Positions 53,211 to 64,000 of a DNA stretch of 64,000 nucleotides are shown here, one piece after another. The stretch's first letter is position 1. Each line of letters begins with the position of its first letter. Made by a program: the position numbers and the translations under genes. The notes under the pieces were generated by a model, which was not told the DNA's origin, did no database searches, and was given only the letters and a program-made list of their open reading frames with translations. Location of the stretch: positions 50,654,001-50,718,000 of the forward strand of contig OX597818.1 of the NCBI GenBank assembly GCA_951406725.2, written 5' to 3'. This DNA comes from Octopus vulgaris. Lineage: Eukaryota.

Positions 53211-53815
53211 AAAATTAGATAAACTTAGGTGTTTCGACCAAAGATTGGTCCAGGCCACGTTTAACTTAATAGCACCACCTCATAGGATTATCTAAATAAT
53301 TTTGAAGTTAAGTTTTGTAGCATCACGGTCCATTCGAGTAGGGAGCTCTTATTGAGTGAGATGCATCCAGGTATAGGTGGCTTATCTAGTATTCCTTGAA
53401 GAAATTTGTCCACATTCCGTTTGAAGGTAATGTGATCTTTTTCTTCTTTGATCGGTTTCGGGACAATGTTAGATAAGGCAGAGCCTGTCGATGAAAAGAA
53501 ATTGTGTTGTAGTGTATTCATGTGTTGTGATCCTGAATTGGATAGGAGACATATGGTCAGTGGTACAAGCCTTGGATGAATTTTGAAGCTAATGCTGAGG
53601 TCGTTTGAGCAATGCTGGTGGTATGTTCTCCACATCGTGCAAATGATGTACCGCTCGCGGCGGCGCAGGGGAGAGTAGAGTTTCAATGTTTAAAGGCGGT
53701 CCCAGTAATCAAGATCAGTCATGCCCTTAATTCTTTAGTGAATGACCTCTGGGGTGATTCAATTTTCGAAATGTTTTGTTTCGTAAGGGGACACCACAGG
53801 GGACAGCATTATTCG
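53211..53815 (-). mobile_element. CR1-like LINE 3' fragment
   Basis: LKLYSPLRRRERYII..W...FKRNVDKFLQGILDKP, with stem-loop and repeat tail. Confidence 0.85.
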
Positions 53816-53816
53816 A

Positions 53817-53862
<46 letters not shown>

Positions 53863-53864
53863 AC

Positions 53865-54035
53865 ATCGCTAGCCACAAAACCTTTTTTTATTTTTTTTTC
53901 TCTTCCTGTTTATTTCTGTGTTCCTTTCTGTCGAAGAGCGTAGGCTCGGGACGTAAAAGACTTTCTCACTCCCCGAGCGTTAAACTAATACATCTGTTTG
54001 TTGTTTACATGCCCCTCTTTTTGTGAATTCCCACT
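53865..54035 (+). mobile_element. Penelope-like pLTR fragment with degenerate hammerhead
   Basis: cttt-ctgtcga-a-gagc-gtag-gctc-ggga-cg-ta-aaag, lying between TA tracts. Confidence 0.55.
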
Positions 54036-54132
<97 letters not shown>

Positions 54133-54147
54133 GATAGATAGATTGAT

Positions 54148-54380
54148 TCCTTACATTCTTTAATTCTCTGAATTGTTTCAGTTTTAAAGCTACGGTCATG
54201 CTGGAGCACCACTTTTGGCTGTGCTGCATAATTATTTGAAACTTCTGATATGTGGCATTTGCTGCTACCCTCATCTATGTTTTCCTGCCGTGAGGTAGGC
54301 TCATCTGGAACGCTTGACAAGAGGAGCTCCAGTTTTGTTTTGAAGACACCTACATCCACACCATGCCGGTCTCTCAGCCA
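54148..54380 (-). mobile_element. CR1-like LINE 3' end with a SINE B-like tail
   Basis: LRDRHGVDVGVFKTKLELLLSSVPDEP, then ggtgctccagcatgaccgtagc...actgaaacaa. Confidence 0.7.
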
Positions 54381-55134
54381 TGTATGTTTGTATGTGTGTT
54401 CGTGTATACGCATACATATAATCTTTAATCTTTAATCCTTAATTTGTTTCAGCTTAAAATTTTTTTACGCAGATGGATTTTGCGTTCAGGATGGATTGAG
54501 ACAAATAAATGTTTACCTAGGCTACTCACGCAAAGCGTAAGATGATTTTTGATTAACTGGTTAACGAAATTTGGTGTAAATTGTTGTGGGGTTAAAATGT
54601 TCATCAATTATATCAGCACTCTCAGATTGCTGTAGCATGTATTTTCTTAACAACGTTTAGAATCGATAATTTTAAGTGCTACATAAAATTACCGATTCTA
54701 AACGTGATAAAATATGTAACATGTATTTCCTTAACACCTGCATATAAAATTGTCGGTTCCAACCCTTACAATCGATATTTGATTCTCACGATCACGAAGC
54801 ACAGTCGTCAATTTAAGAATCTTTTCTCTAAATGATTTTTTGTTTACATTTCAAACTTTAATGTTTCTTTTCATAACACTCCTTTACAATTCCCTTCTTG
54901 TTGTTTCCATTGATTATATATTTGCTGCTTTCCACTCATCTGACCAAAGGATTGTCATTTTCCGATTCCACACGTATTTATTTATATCATTGTTTCGTGG
55001 GTGAATTTGCTTACACCTTCTATTATCTGTCTTATGTCTTGATTTCATTTTCCGTCTGAGAGAAATTAGGCATTGTAATAGGAACTGGGAATATCTCTGC
55101 TCTCATGTATTACCGGGTCCTCAGCTAGTAGATA

Positions 55135-55224
<90 letters not shown>

Positions 55225-55832
55225 TGTATGTGTGTGCATATATGGGTGCAGGATGTCACCACTGTGCAAACAACATGGAAAACGTAAAGAAACAAGTTAA
55301 ATGCGTAAACAACGAGAGAACAAATGGGAAACAAGACAAATAAACACAGAGAAAAGACCCTTGGGTAGAGGACATATGTTGTCGGCTGTCTACTCCTCAT
55401 TCCCAGCATTCAATAACAATATGAGTCTTCAAAGACAGTTGCTCCCATAAATTCTGAAATAAAATTCAGGATTTATGAAGGGTCAAAGTTGGGAACAAAA
55501 ACAGGACAGAAGGAGACATACAAGGAAACCGAACGAAAACAAAGATGGAGGGTCGTTAGACCAGAACAAGAGGAAAATAGTGAATGCTGGGAGAAATATT
55601 TTCTTTGAAAAGAGAAAAGCTAAAAGAGAGAGAAAAAACGTCTTTTGAACGTGCAAGAAAAGAAAGATGGTCACGTGTGAGCAATGAGAGAGAGAGAAAG
55701 AAAGAGAAAGAGGGGGAGTTGCCATGTAGATAAGCTCATTCGCAGGGTTGATTGTTAGTATACTTTTAAACTCTAATCGTTTCGTGTATAGAGTACTGAT
55801 TAGGTATATAGTTTCCTTGGTTCCCCATAAGC

Positions 55833-55907
<75 letters not shown>

Positions 55908-56170
55908 GTATATGTATATATTTAAATTATTCACACAATCCACGTCATCAGCTGCCAACTGGATGTCATAACAATTTCAGCACCTGCTGAGTGTAAAAGA
56001 ACGATGACAAAAAATTGTAAAAGAAAAACAAGCTAAAAGAAATGAACGTTGTGCATAATTTGAATTTTTTTATGATTTAAAGAAAAAATAGACGGTAGAG
56101 AAACCAGAACACGTCTCGGTGGATAAATGGTAATGCAAAGAAAAGCATAGCAAAAGCGATGTTGGAAAAC

Positions 56171-56232
<62 letters not shown>

Positions 56233-56615
56233 GACAGACAGACAGACAGACAGACAGAGACAGAGACAGACAGACAGACAGAGATAGAGAGAAAAGGAGA
56301 CCAGAGAGAGGAGGAAGAAATAGCAGCGACAACAGAGATCTAATTTTAACACAAAATTAGCTGTTTGTAAGATAGAGCGCAAGTCGACTACATCGATCCC
56401 TAATTCTTCTTTGATACCCATTTTCTCAACACCGAAAAGCAAGATGGACTTCGGCGGTATTTCAGCTTATCACGTAATGAATTGGAAGAAATAACCGTCA
56501 GATATTTTTCTGACGCTCTAGCGATTCTTCCTGTTCGCCATCTTAACAATAGCAGGGATAAGGGCGGAGAGAGAAAAAGATAAAGAAACAAATAGGCCGT
56601 AGGACAACGAAAGAG

Positions 56616-56793
56616 AGAAGAAGAAGAAGAAGAAGAAGAAGAAGAAGAAGAAGAAGAAGAAGAAGAAGAAGAAGAAGAAGAAGAAGAAGAAGAAGAAGAA
56701 GAAGAAGAAGAAGAAGAAGAAGAAGAAGAAGAAGAAGAAGAAGAAGAAGAAGAAGAAGAAGAAGAAGAAGAAGAAGAAGAAGAAGAAGAAGAA
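56616..56793. repeat. (GAA)n, about 59 pure units
   Basis: Directly visible. Confidence 0.98.
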
Positions 56794-57094
56794 AAAGAGA
56801 TGTGAAGAGAAATTTGAGCTATGCTATGCTTACGAAAAATAGATGAAGAATGGTACAACAAAAGAATGGCTAACCCGCTGAAGGGTTAAAAATGTGAGAC
56901 GAAAGACTAACAGAAGGAACTGACTGTGTTGCTTCCTTCTTCTTAGGAAGGAGAATGAAAATCGAGGGAGAGAGGGGGAGAAGAACGAGAGAGAGAGTGA
57001 GTGAGAGAGCGTGGGTTAGAGAGAGTAAATGAGATAGAGAGTGAGTGAGAAAGAGAAAGAAAGAGATTAATAGCTAGGTAGCTAGCTAGCTAGG

Positions 57095-57146
<52 letters not shown>

Positions 57147-57412
57147 TACAGACAGACAGAGACAGAGACAGAGAGACAGAGAGAGAAAGTGAGAAATTAT
57201 GAGAAAGATTTATCCTGTCGGAAGCAAAATCAAATCGTAGCATTATATGTTGCAAATATATTTTTAGGGCTTATTAATTTTTATACAATTATGGTCATGC
57301 GATGGGCCTGGCTATTTAGTCACGTTGCTCTGATCTAGTTGTTTTGAGGTATTTTTTCGGATAGATGTGTACAACTATTTATGGAGGATCATATGAGTAG
57401 GCGATGATCATA

Positions 57413-57647
57413 TAAGGCGGCGAGCTGGCAGAATCGTTAGCACGCCGGGCGAAATGCTTAGCCGTATTTCATCTGCCGCTACGTTCTGAGTTTAAATTCC
57501 GCTGAGGTTGACTTTGCCTTTCATCCTTTTGGGGTCGATCAAATAAGTACCAGTTACGCACTAGGGTCGATGTAATCGACTTAATCCGTTTGTCTGTCCT
57601 TGTTTGTCCCCTCTGTGTTTAGCCCCTTGTGGGTAGTAAAGAAATAA
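57413..57647 (+). mobile_element. SINE C monomer
   Basis: Full head and body; TSD-like gatgatca. Confidence 0.9.
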
Positions 57648-58783
57648 GATGATCACATGAGTAGGCAATTGTTTCTTCAGAATATCCACATAGATTTTAG
57701 TGTTTGTGGTGGTGCCTTGCGACTCATCGTTTATGATAACGTATTGCTATTACTTGATTCTTGCAAGTGTACATTTTGAGATGTACTTTGAGAATTATAG
57801 ACAACAAACATAAGGAGTATTGCATGCAAAATGCTTAACAGACATTCTTACACTAAATATTATGCCTGTTCTCCCGTAAAATGAAACGGTGGTAGGTGGT
57901 ATTTTTTCTCCCGTAAAATGAAACAGTGCTGGGTGGTATTTTTCTCTCGATGTCTTTGCAACTAGATTGATGTATATCAGCAAAATGTTGATGCCATATT
58001 TTCATGGAGATACATCTCGCTGCCGCTGGTGACTGTACTTGCGAGATACTGCTAGATATAGAGGGAAAGACTACTACGTCAGCACTGGGATCTTACATTG
58101 TTTATCGACCCAGAAATGATTTAAAACAAACATGGCGCTGTTGCGATTTGAATTAACGGTGCAAACTGCCATATTGAATATTGTTGCAACGCATTATATC
58201 GGACGATCTAACGCATCTTCCAATCGATCTCCTTACGTGTTGCAACATAGCCTTCGGTGGTGGAATTCTCCTGTTAAGAGTAGGTTTTCGACACAAAGAA
58301 ATTCCAATATCGCTTTTATTGAAAATTCTATTAAATCATCTCAGCTTTGATCTCATAGAAAATTGCTAAGCCTGCTAGGAAGTGTGAGGATCACGGGCAA
58401 AAAGAAGTGGATTGATGGCTACTTGATGTTGCACTGACAAATAAATGTGGACCGAGTGAAAATCCATTAGAGACATCTCTTGAACTAATACCAAATCAAG
58501 TGCATATTATCAACCACGTATTTGAAGAGGTAATAGACATTTCAGATAAAGAAAAAAAGCATAATTGAAATTATATCAGTAATGATAATATGAACCCCCA
58601 AAACAGTAAATGTTTTGATACGAGGAATGACATTCTTGAATTGCTGTTTGGAAATAATCACTTATGAAAGTGTTGATAGCATTGATGTCACAGATGAAGA
58701 CATAAGATGAAGACAGATGAAGATTATGCAGTTAAGTGACTTCATTTTGAATACTGCCACAAATCTTGAAACTGAAGAATAGT

Positions 58784-59777
58784 ACAATTATTATATTATG
58801 CAATCATGATCTGAGATCGACTCAGGGAACGATAATTTTTGCTATAACCTCTTTGTGATCTTTATCTTCATGGAGAAATGCGGGCTGATAGTAACAGATG
58901 AAAAGATCTATTCATTCCAAGATTAATTTAACACCTTGTGATATTCATCTCTCTATTTTAAAATGTAAAATTGCTAATCTTGAGGATCACAGTGTAAGAA
59001 GAATTTAATAGATATCATGACGTAGATGTCTTGCAAACAACTTGCACATGCAAGTGCTACCAGTCAAAAACTCCGCGTATCGAAAGCCAGCAAGTGTATG
59101 GGGTCATCAGGAGAGAATGCGCGCCGTTTCGGGGTCTACCTCTCGACGGCATCAATGCGCACCGGCCCCCTTCACTCATATGAGGCCCCGCTTGCTAGAC
59201 CAACTGGTTATCAAATAAAGCTTAATATTCTTCTACCCATTGCTCATCGTCTCTTTTTAACCAAATTCAGTGGCTAGCCTTCTCCAATGTAGTTTGGATA
59301 TCGGTCATGGTGGTATTGACTTTACGATGAGTTAGGCCTAACGATAACAACAGTCGTCTCACACTGTGTCCAACAAACCCTCTACATCTGCCTTCGATTG
59401 GAAAATGCTCTGCTTTCCACCCTGCGTCTTCACATTCCTCGAGGAGGTTTACATAACGGTCACTCTTTCGAGCCCGAGCGGCGTCCAAATTATCTTCATG
59501 AGGAACCGTTAACTCGACTAGATTTACAACTTTCCTTCTTTCACAATTATTATATTACGCAATCATGATCTGAGATCGACTCAGGGAACGATAACTTTTG
59601 CTATAACCTCTTTGTGATCTTTATCTTCATAGAGAAATACGGGCAGATAGTAACAGATGAAAAGATCTATTCATTCCAAGATTAATTTAACACCTTGTGA
59701 TATTCATCTCTCTATTTTAAAATGTAAAATTGCTAATCTTGAGGATCACAGAGTAAGAAGAATTTAATAGATATCAT
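58784..59777. repeat. 235-bp direct repeats (58784-59018, 59543-59777)
   Basis: Colinear, about 6 substitutions, exactly abutting the insert. Confidence 0.95.
59019..59542 (-). mobile_element. 5'-truncated HERO-like (restriction-like endonuclease) non-LTR retrotransposon
   Basis: ERRKVVNLVELTVPHEDNLDAARARKSDRYVNLLEECEDAGWKAEHFPIEGRCRGFVG, matching the ELTVP / K..Y / EVGCRGF pattern, plus a 3' UTR. Confidence 0.8.
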
Positions 59778-60969
59778 TTGGATGTTGAAAATAGTGTTCT
59801 GTGTGCTGGCAAATGAAAGTCAACTGAGCAACAGTCAAGAGAATTAATACCAGGTCAAGGTGTTATCGTTGATATATTTGAAAAGATAATGGACGTTAAA
59901 TTTCTGCTATTTCAGCATTTGAAATGACCAGCGTCAGTCATTTTCTGCATGATGGAGTATACATGATTCTTCCCTTATTTTCTCACGAGTAAAATCTACG
60001 TAGCACTCAGTTGTTTAACAAATTAAAATAATTTTAAAATCCAAATAGAAAACAAGAACAACCAAACAAATCGTTTGGAAAGCAAATTTTGGCTAAAAAT
60101 GTAGCAACATAATAATTACTAAACAAAATTGCACCAAGAAATCTAGTTTTTCATTATTATTCTGGAATTATTCTGCAGTGGCAAAAATTTCATTGTTTAT
60201 AGATCAAATAGAACCGAGAAGAATTTTTGTCAAAACTCTTAGATGCAGAGTATGATGGTATACATATATATTTTTGGATAATATATTATTATTAATATTA
60301 GGAAATCAATATCAGAAAACTCCTCAGAAAGATATACACGTGTGAAAAATAATTGTTGTATTAAAAATTGTTGGGTTAAAAATATATAGATAAATAAATA
60401 TAAATATGTATAAAAATATATGTAAATATGTATAAGTATGAATATATAATGTATATGACATCGATGATTTAACAGCTAAACGAAGAGAATGCTTGCCATT
60501 ACTAAATAAGCTATAACAACAATTCAAACACAGATATTACACCTTTGTAGTTCACATTCTCAAAATCATAGACAGATATAAGCACGAAAAATAAGTTATT
60601 TCTCTATTCTCAGCTATTTTTACACTTTCGTTCACAGTATCACAACATATTCACTCTGTTAAGGATAGACTTAATATTTGGTCTATAGACTTAATATTTG
60701 GTGCAATTATCGTATATACGTTCACATGACTCAATACGCGGGCTTCAACAAAACAAACTGATGGCGATTTGAGCCATAAATTCCTGTCAAACTCAAGACA
60801 AATCCAGCATAGCAAGCGCATTTTCATCCTTTCTTTTTATAATTTTACACGTATGATGAAACTAATTTTCTTATATAATCACACATATACATATACAAAA
60901 ATACACACACACACACTCAGGCACACACTCACACACCCACGCATTCACGCGCGCATACACACGTTCAAA

Positions 60970-61758
60970 CAATCATATACACTATCGTCAGGATACCTAC
61001 TTGGACCGTCGGATAATATCAGAGATTTAGGTGTAACTGTCAACAGCTGCCTTAGCTAGAATATGCACATCGAGAAAGAAGTCGATGTTGCCCGTAGAAT
61101 GTGAAATGGATTCTCAGAACTTTTCAATTTCGCGGTCATGAAACTATCATCTTTTTCTTTTCTACATTCTCTTGTCCCCACCTCGAAAACTGCTGCCCAT
61201 TGTTGAACCCCTACAAAAAACAAGCCATAATGAGAATCGAAGCGCCACAAAGATCAATCACTAAAAATATAAATGGCATGATGGGGCTTGATTATTGGGC
61301 TCGACTTAAACAACTGAAGCTCTATTCTCTGCAACGCCACCGTGAGCGACACATTATTTGCACCATGTGGAAAATATTCCACCAATATTATCCAAATGAT
61401 ATTGGTATTATGTCTACAATTCACCCAAGAATAGGCACCCGTGCAATGCGTCCCCTTCAAAGGTCGGTATCACATCACACAAGAACATTGCGACACTGAT
61501 TCTTCACTACAAATGGTCCTGCTCTTTTCAATGTTATCCCGAAAGAAATTAAAGTAGGAAAAGACCCCAAAACTTTCAGTCGGTACCTGGACAAATTATT
61601 CCAGGAAATACCGGATAGACCACCTACACCTGGATACGTCTCAACCAACAATAATTCTCTACTTGAATGGTCCTTGGCGTCCCGAAATAATTATCTAAAT
61701 GACTTTTCCAGCTGGTGCCTGGGCCATAATGGTCGAAACCAATCTAAGTTATGTAAGT
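60970..61758 (+). mobile_element. CR1-like LINE 3' fragment
   Basis: IRDLGVTV, WILRTF, PHLENCC, LDYWARLKQLKLYSLQRHRER; tail tctaagtta. Confidence 0.85.
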
Positions 61759-61760
61759 TA

Positions 61761-62642
61761 TCGGGTATCTGGGTTACATTTGACTGTTTGCAAAAAAGGA
61801 AAACGAATCACAATATTTCATCCATAAATAAATTTTTTTTTAAAGCAAAAGAATATCAACTTAATATGGCTGGGAGATAACAGTTTACTCGAAGCACCTG
61901 TCTTCAGATTCTACCGCGGTCTGAAGAGGGCTCTGGTACTTGGCGCGGCGCTTGCGTTCCTCACGACGTCATTAGGAAGATCGTCGAACAACTCTTTGGT
62001 CTTGGCCACCAGCTCGACCTTGGTGTTGCAGGCAGAGAGTTTGGTGTCTTTTTCAACCGCGCTCCACGCATAGTGATCCATGAGATTAAAATTAGGGGAA
62101 TTAGGGAGCTAGAAATTGGGGCTGGTGAAGTCGTATAGAATTTCCGACAGCACTTCTGACTCTTTTTGGAAGTATAGCAAGGAACCAAATCCTACTGCTA
62201 CACATTTTGCCTTCCAGTAGCAATCCTTTACGGCCAGGGATTGACAACACTCTCCAGTAATTTCATATGGACGTCTGAATTGTGCCCGAGGCCCCTATTC
62301 AAAGATATGGGTATGAATCACGGCGTACGGACATAGTAAGAACGCCTGATGGCTACATATTCTCTGCCGCTGCTGTCCGTGTCACGCCTTGCGGTTTTAA
62401 CATGTTCACAGAGTATTGAGCAGCAGTCGTGATGTTGGCACTTTAATCGCTGGTGCGAACCATGACGCAGGTAAGTCTTTTCCAATATTCGGTTGACTTC
62501 CAGTCTTCCATATTGGCTAACTTTTTGTCAACTACAACATTAATCTTTATACTCTCAAACAACGTTTACTGTTCAAGGATTCATCAAGCTGTCCTTGAAA
62601 AAAAGAAACAAAAATATCGTCAAATTTAGTCCGCACACTCTG
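61761..62642 (-). mobile_element. Decayed DD37D (maT-type) Tc1/mariner transposon
   Basis: DLVPCYTSKKSQK.LSE.LYDFTSPNF*LPNSPNFNLMDHYAW gives 37 residues between the aspartates after repairing one frameshift. One clear end cagagtgtgcggactaaatttgac and a degenerate partner at 61761; TA flanks. Confidence 0.7.
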
Positions 62643-62865
62643 TATGTAAGCATGCATTATATATATATATATATGATATGTATACAATATAAATAAGGGC
62701 TAAAGAAAATTATTTCTATGCTAATATGCTGATAACAGACTTTTGAATCGTCAATTTCCACATATTATTTACTCGCTACAGAAAATACGTAGAGCTGAAA
62801 ACGGGGAAAGCCAGTCAATAGAATTTTTTAATCCTATATTAGTAGTAGTATATATATATATATTG

Positions 62866-63143
62866 TTGTTTGTTCATTCTCGAGCCACGTCTGGCTCATA
62901 GGGCCAGTTCATCACCTGGACGGGACGCCGGTCCGTTCAGGTGAGCAGCAAGATGCAGGAGGAAAGAGTGAGAGAAAGTTGTGGTGAAAGAGTCAGCAGA
63001 AGTTCGCCATTACTTTCTGCCGGATCCACATGGAGCTTAGGTGTTTCGCTCATAAACACACACACATCGCCCGGTCTGAGATTCGAAACCGCGACCCCTC
63101 GACGCGAGTCCGCTGCTCTAACCACTAGGTCATGTGCCTCGAC
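62866..63143 (-). mobile_element. SINE A, tail type 2
   Basis: Homology to family copies; small deletion in the tail. Confidence 0.85.
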
Positions 63144-63150
63144 ATATATA

Positions 63151-63189
<39 letters not shown>

Positions 63190-63624
63190 TGCATATATAC
63201 ATACTTAAACACACACACACTAAGATAACTAGACAGATGTGTCCACACATACTCAAACAAGTGTGTTTTCAGAAAGAAAGATTAATAGAGAGAAAGGGGG
63301 AAGAAAAATAATTATTACAGATAAAGAGAGGCGGGTAGAAAAACACAGACGCGCTGATACACTACTAGGACTGAGAACTTCACTGATCAGACGATAGCAT
63401 AGCACGTGATTGAAGCAAATATCACGTGGACATCACCCACGTGAAGTAAATAAAATAGCTTTTTTTTTGACAGTGATATATACTCTAATCTCATTCGATT
63501 TTAATGTTATTTGCGGGAAGTATAACAGTATTAGAGCTTGTGCTAGCATAGACATACAGACACACATACACATATACATGCGTGTGAATATATGTGTGTG
63601 TGCGTGTGTATGTGTTTATGTGTA

Positions 63625-63652
<28 letters not shown>

Positions 63653-63655
<3 letters not shown>

Positions 63656-64000
63656 TTCTTTACTACCCACAGGGGGCTAAACACAGAGGGAACAAACAAG
63701 GACAGGCAAACGGATTAAGTCGATTACATCGACCCCAGTGTATAACTGGTACTTAATTTATCGACCCCGAAAGAATGAAAGGCAAAGTCGACCTCGGCGG
63801 AATTTGAACTCAGAACGTAGTGGCAGAAGAAATACCTGTTTCTTTACTACTCACAAGGGGCTAAACACAGAGGGGACAAACAAGGACAGACAAACGGATT
63901 AAGTCGATTACATCGACCCCAGTGCGTAACAGGTACTTAATTTATCGACCCGGAAGGATGAGAGGCAATGTTGACCTCGGCGGAATTTGAACTCAGAACG
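63653..64000 (-). mobile_element. SINE C array running off the window edge
   Basis: At least two bodies; junction gaaatac|ctgtttc near 63836. Confidence 0.9.

Noticed and set aside
57869-57945. ~38-bp tandem duplication as a regulatory element
   Set aside because: Only two copies and no other evidence of function.
58784-59777. LTR retrotransposon or TRIM with 235-bp LTRs
   Set aside because: No TG...CA ends, primer-binding site, polypurine tract or outer TSD seen; the interior is a non-LTR endonuclease end.

Overview
AT-rich animal genomic DNA made almost entirely of microsatellites and transposable elements. The repeat repertoire resembles an octopod cephalopod intron or intergenic region; this is inference, not a database result. 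I found no credible host exon, rRNA, true tRNA or CRISPR, and most ORFs in the track are translations of simple repeats. Three tRNA-headed SINE families (my labels A, B, C) account for about 35 copies. There are decayed LINE pieces (CR1/L2-like, RTE-like, R4/Dong-like, HERO-like), a Penelope GIY-YIG ORF fragment with hammerhead-bearing pLTR-like pieces in (TA)n tracts, Tc1/mariner relics, a hAT MITE and two non-autonomous Helitrons. Most notable: (1) a perfect 130-bp palindrome carrying back-to-back hammerhead ribozymes; (2) a HERO-like LINE end flanked by a 235-bp direct duplication; (3) SINE C arrays whose extra units restart at one fixed point beside the head hairpin loop; (4) SINE A with one head and five tail types; (5) a Helitron carrying a piggyBac-like fragment and a minisatellite. 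Coordinates were counted by eye and may be off by a few bases.
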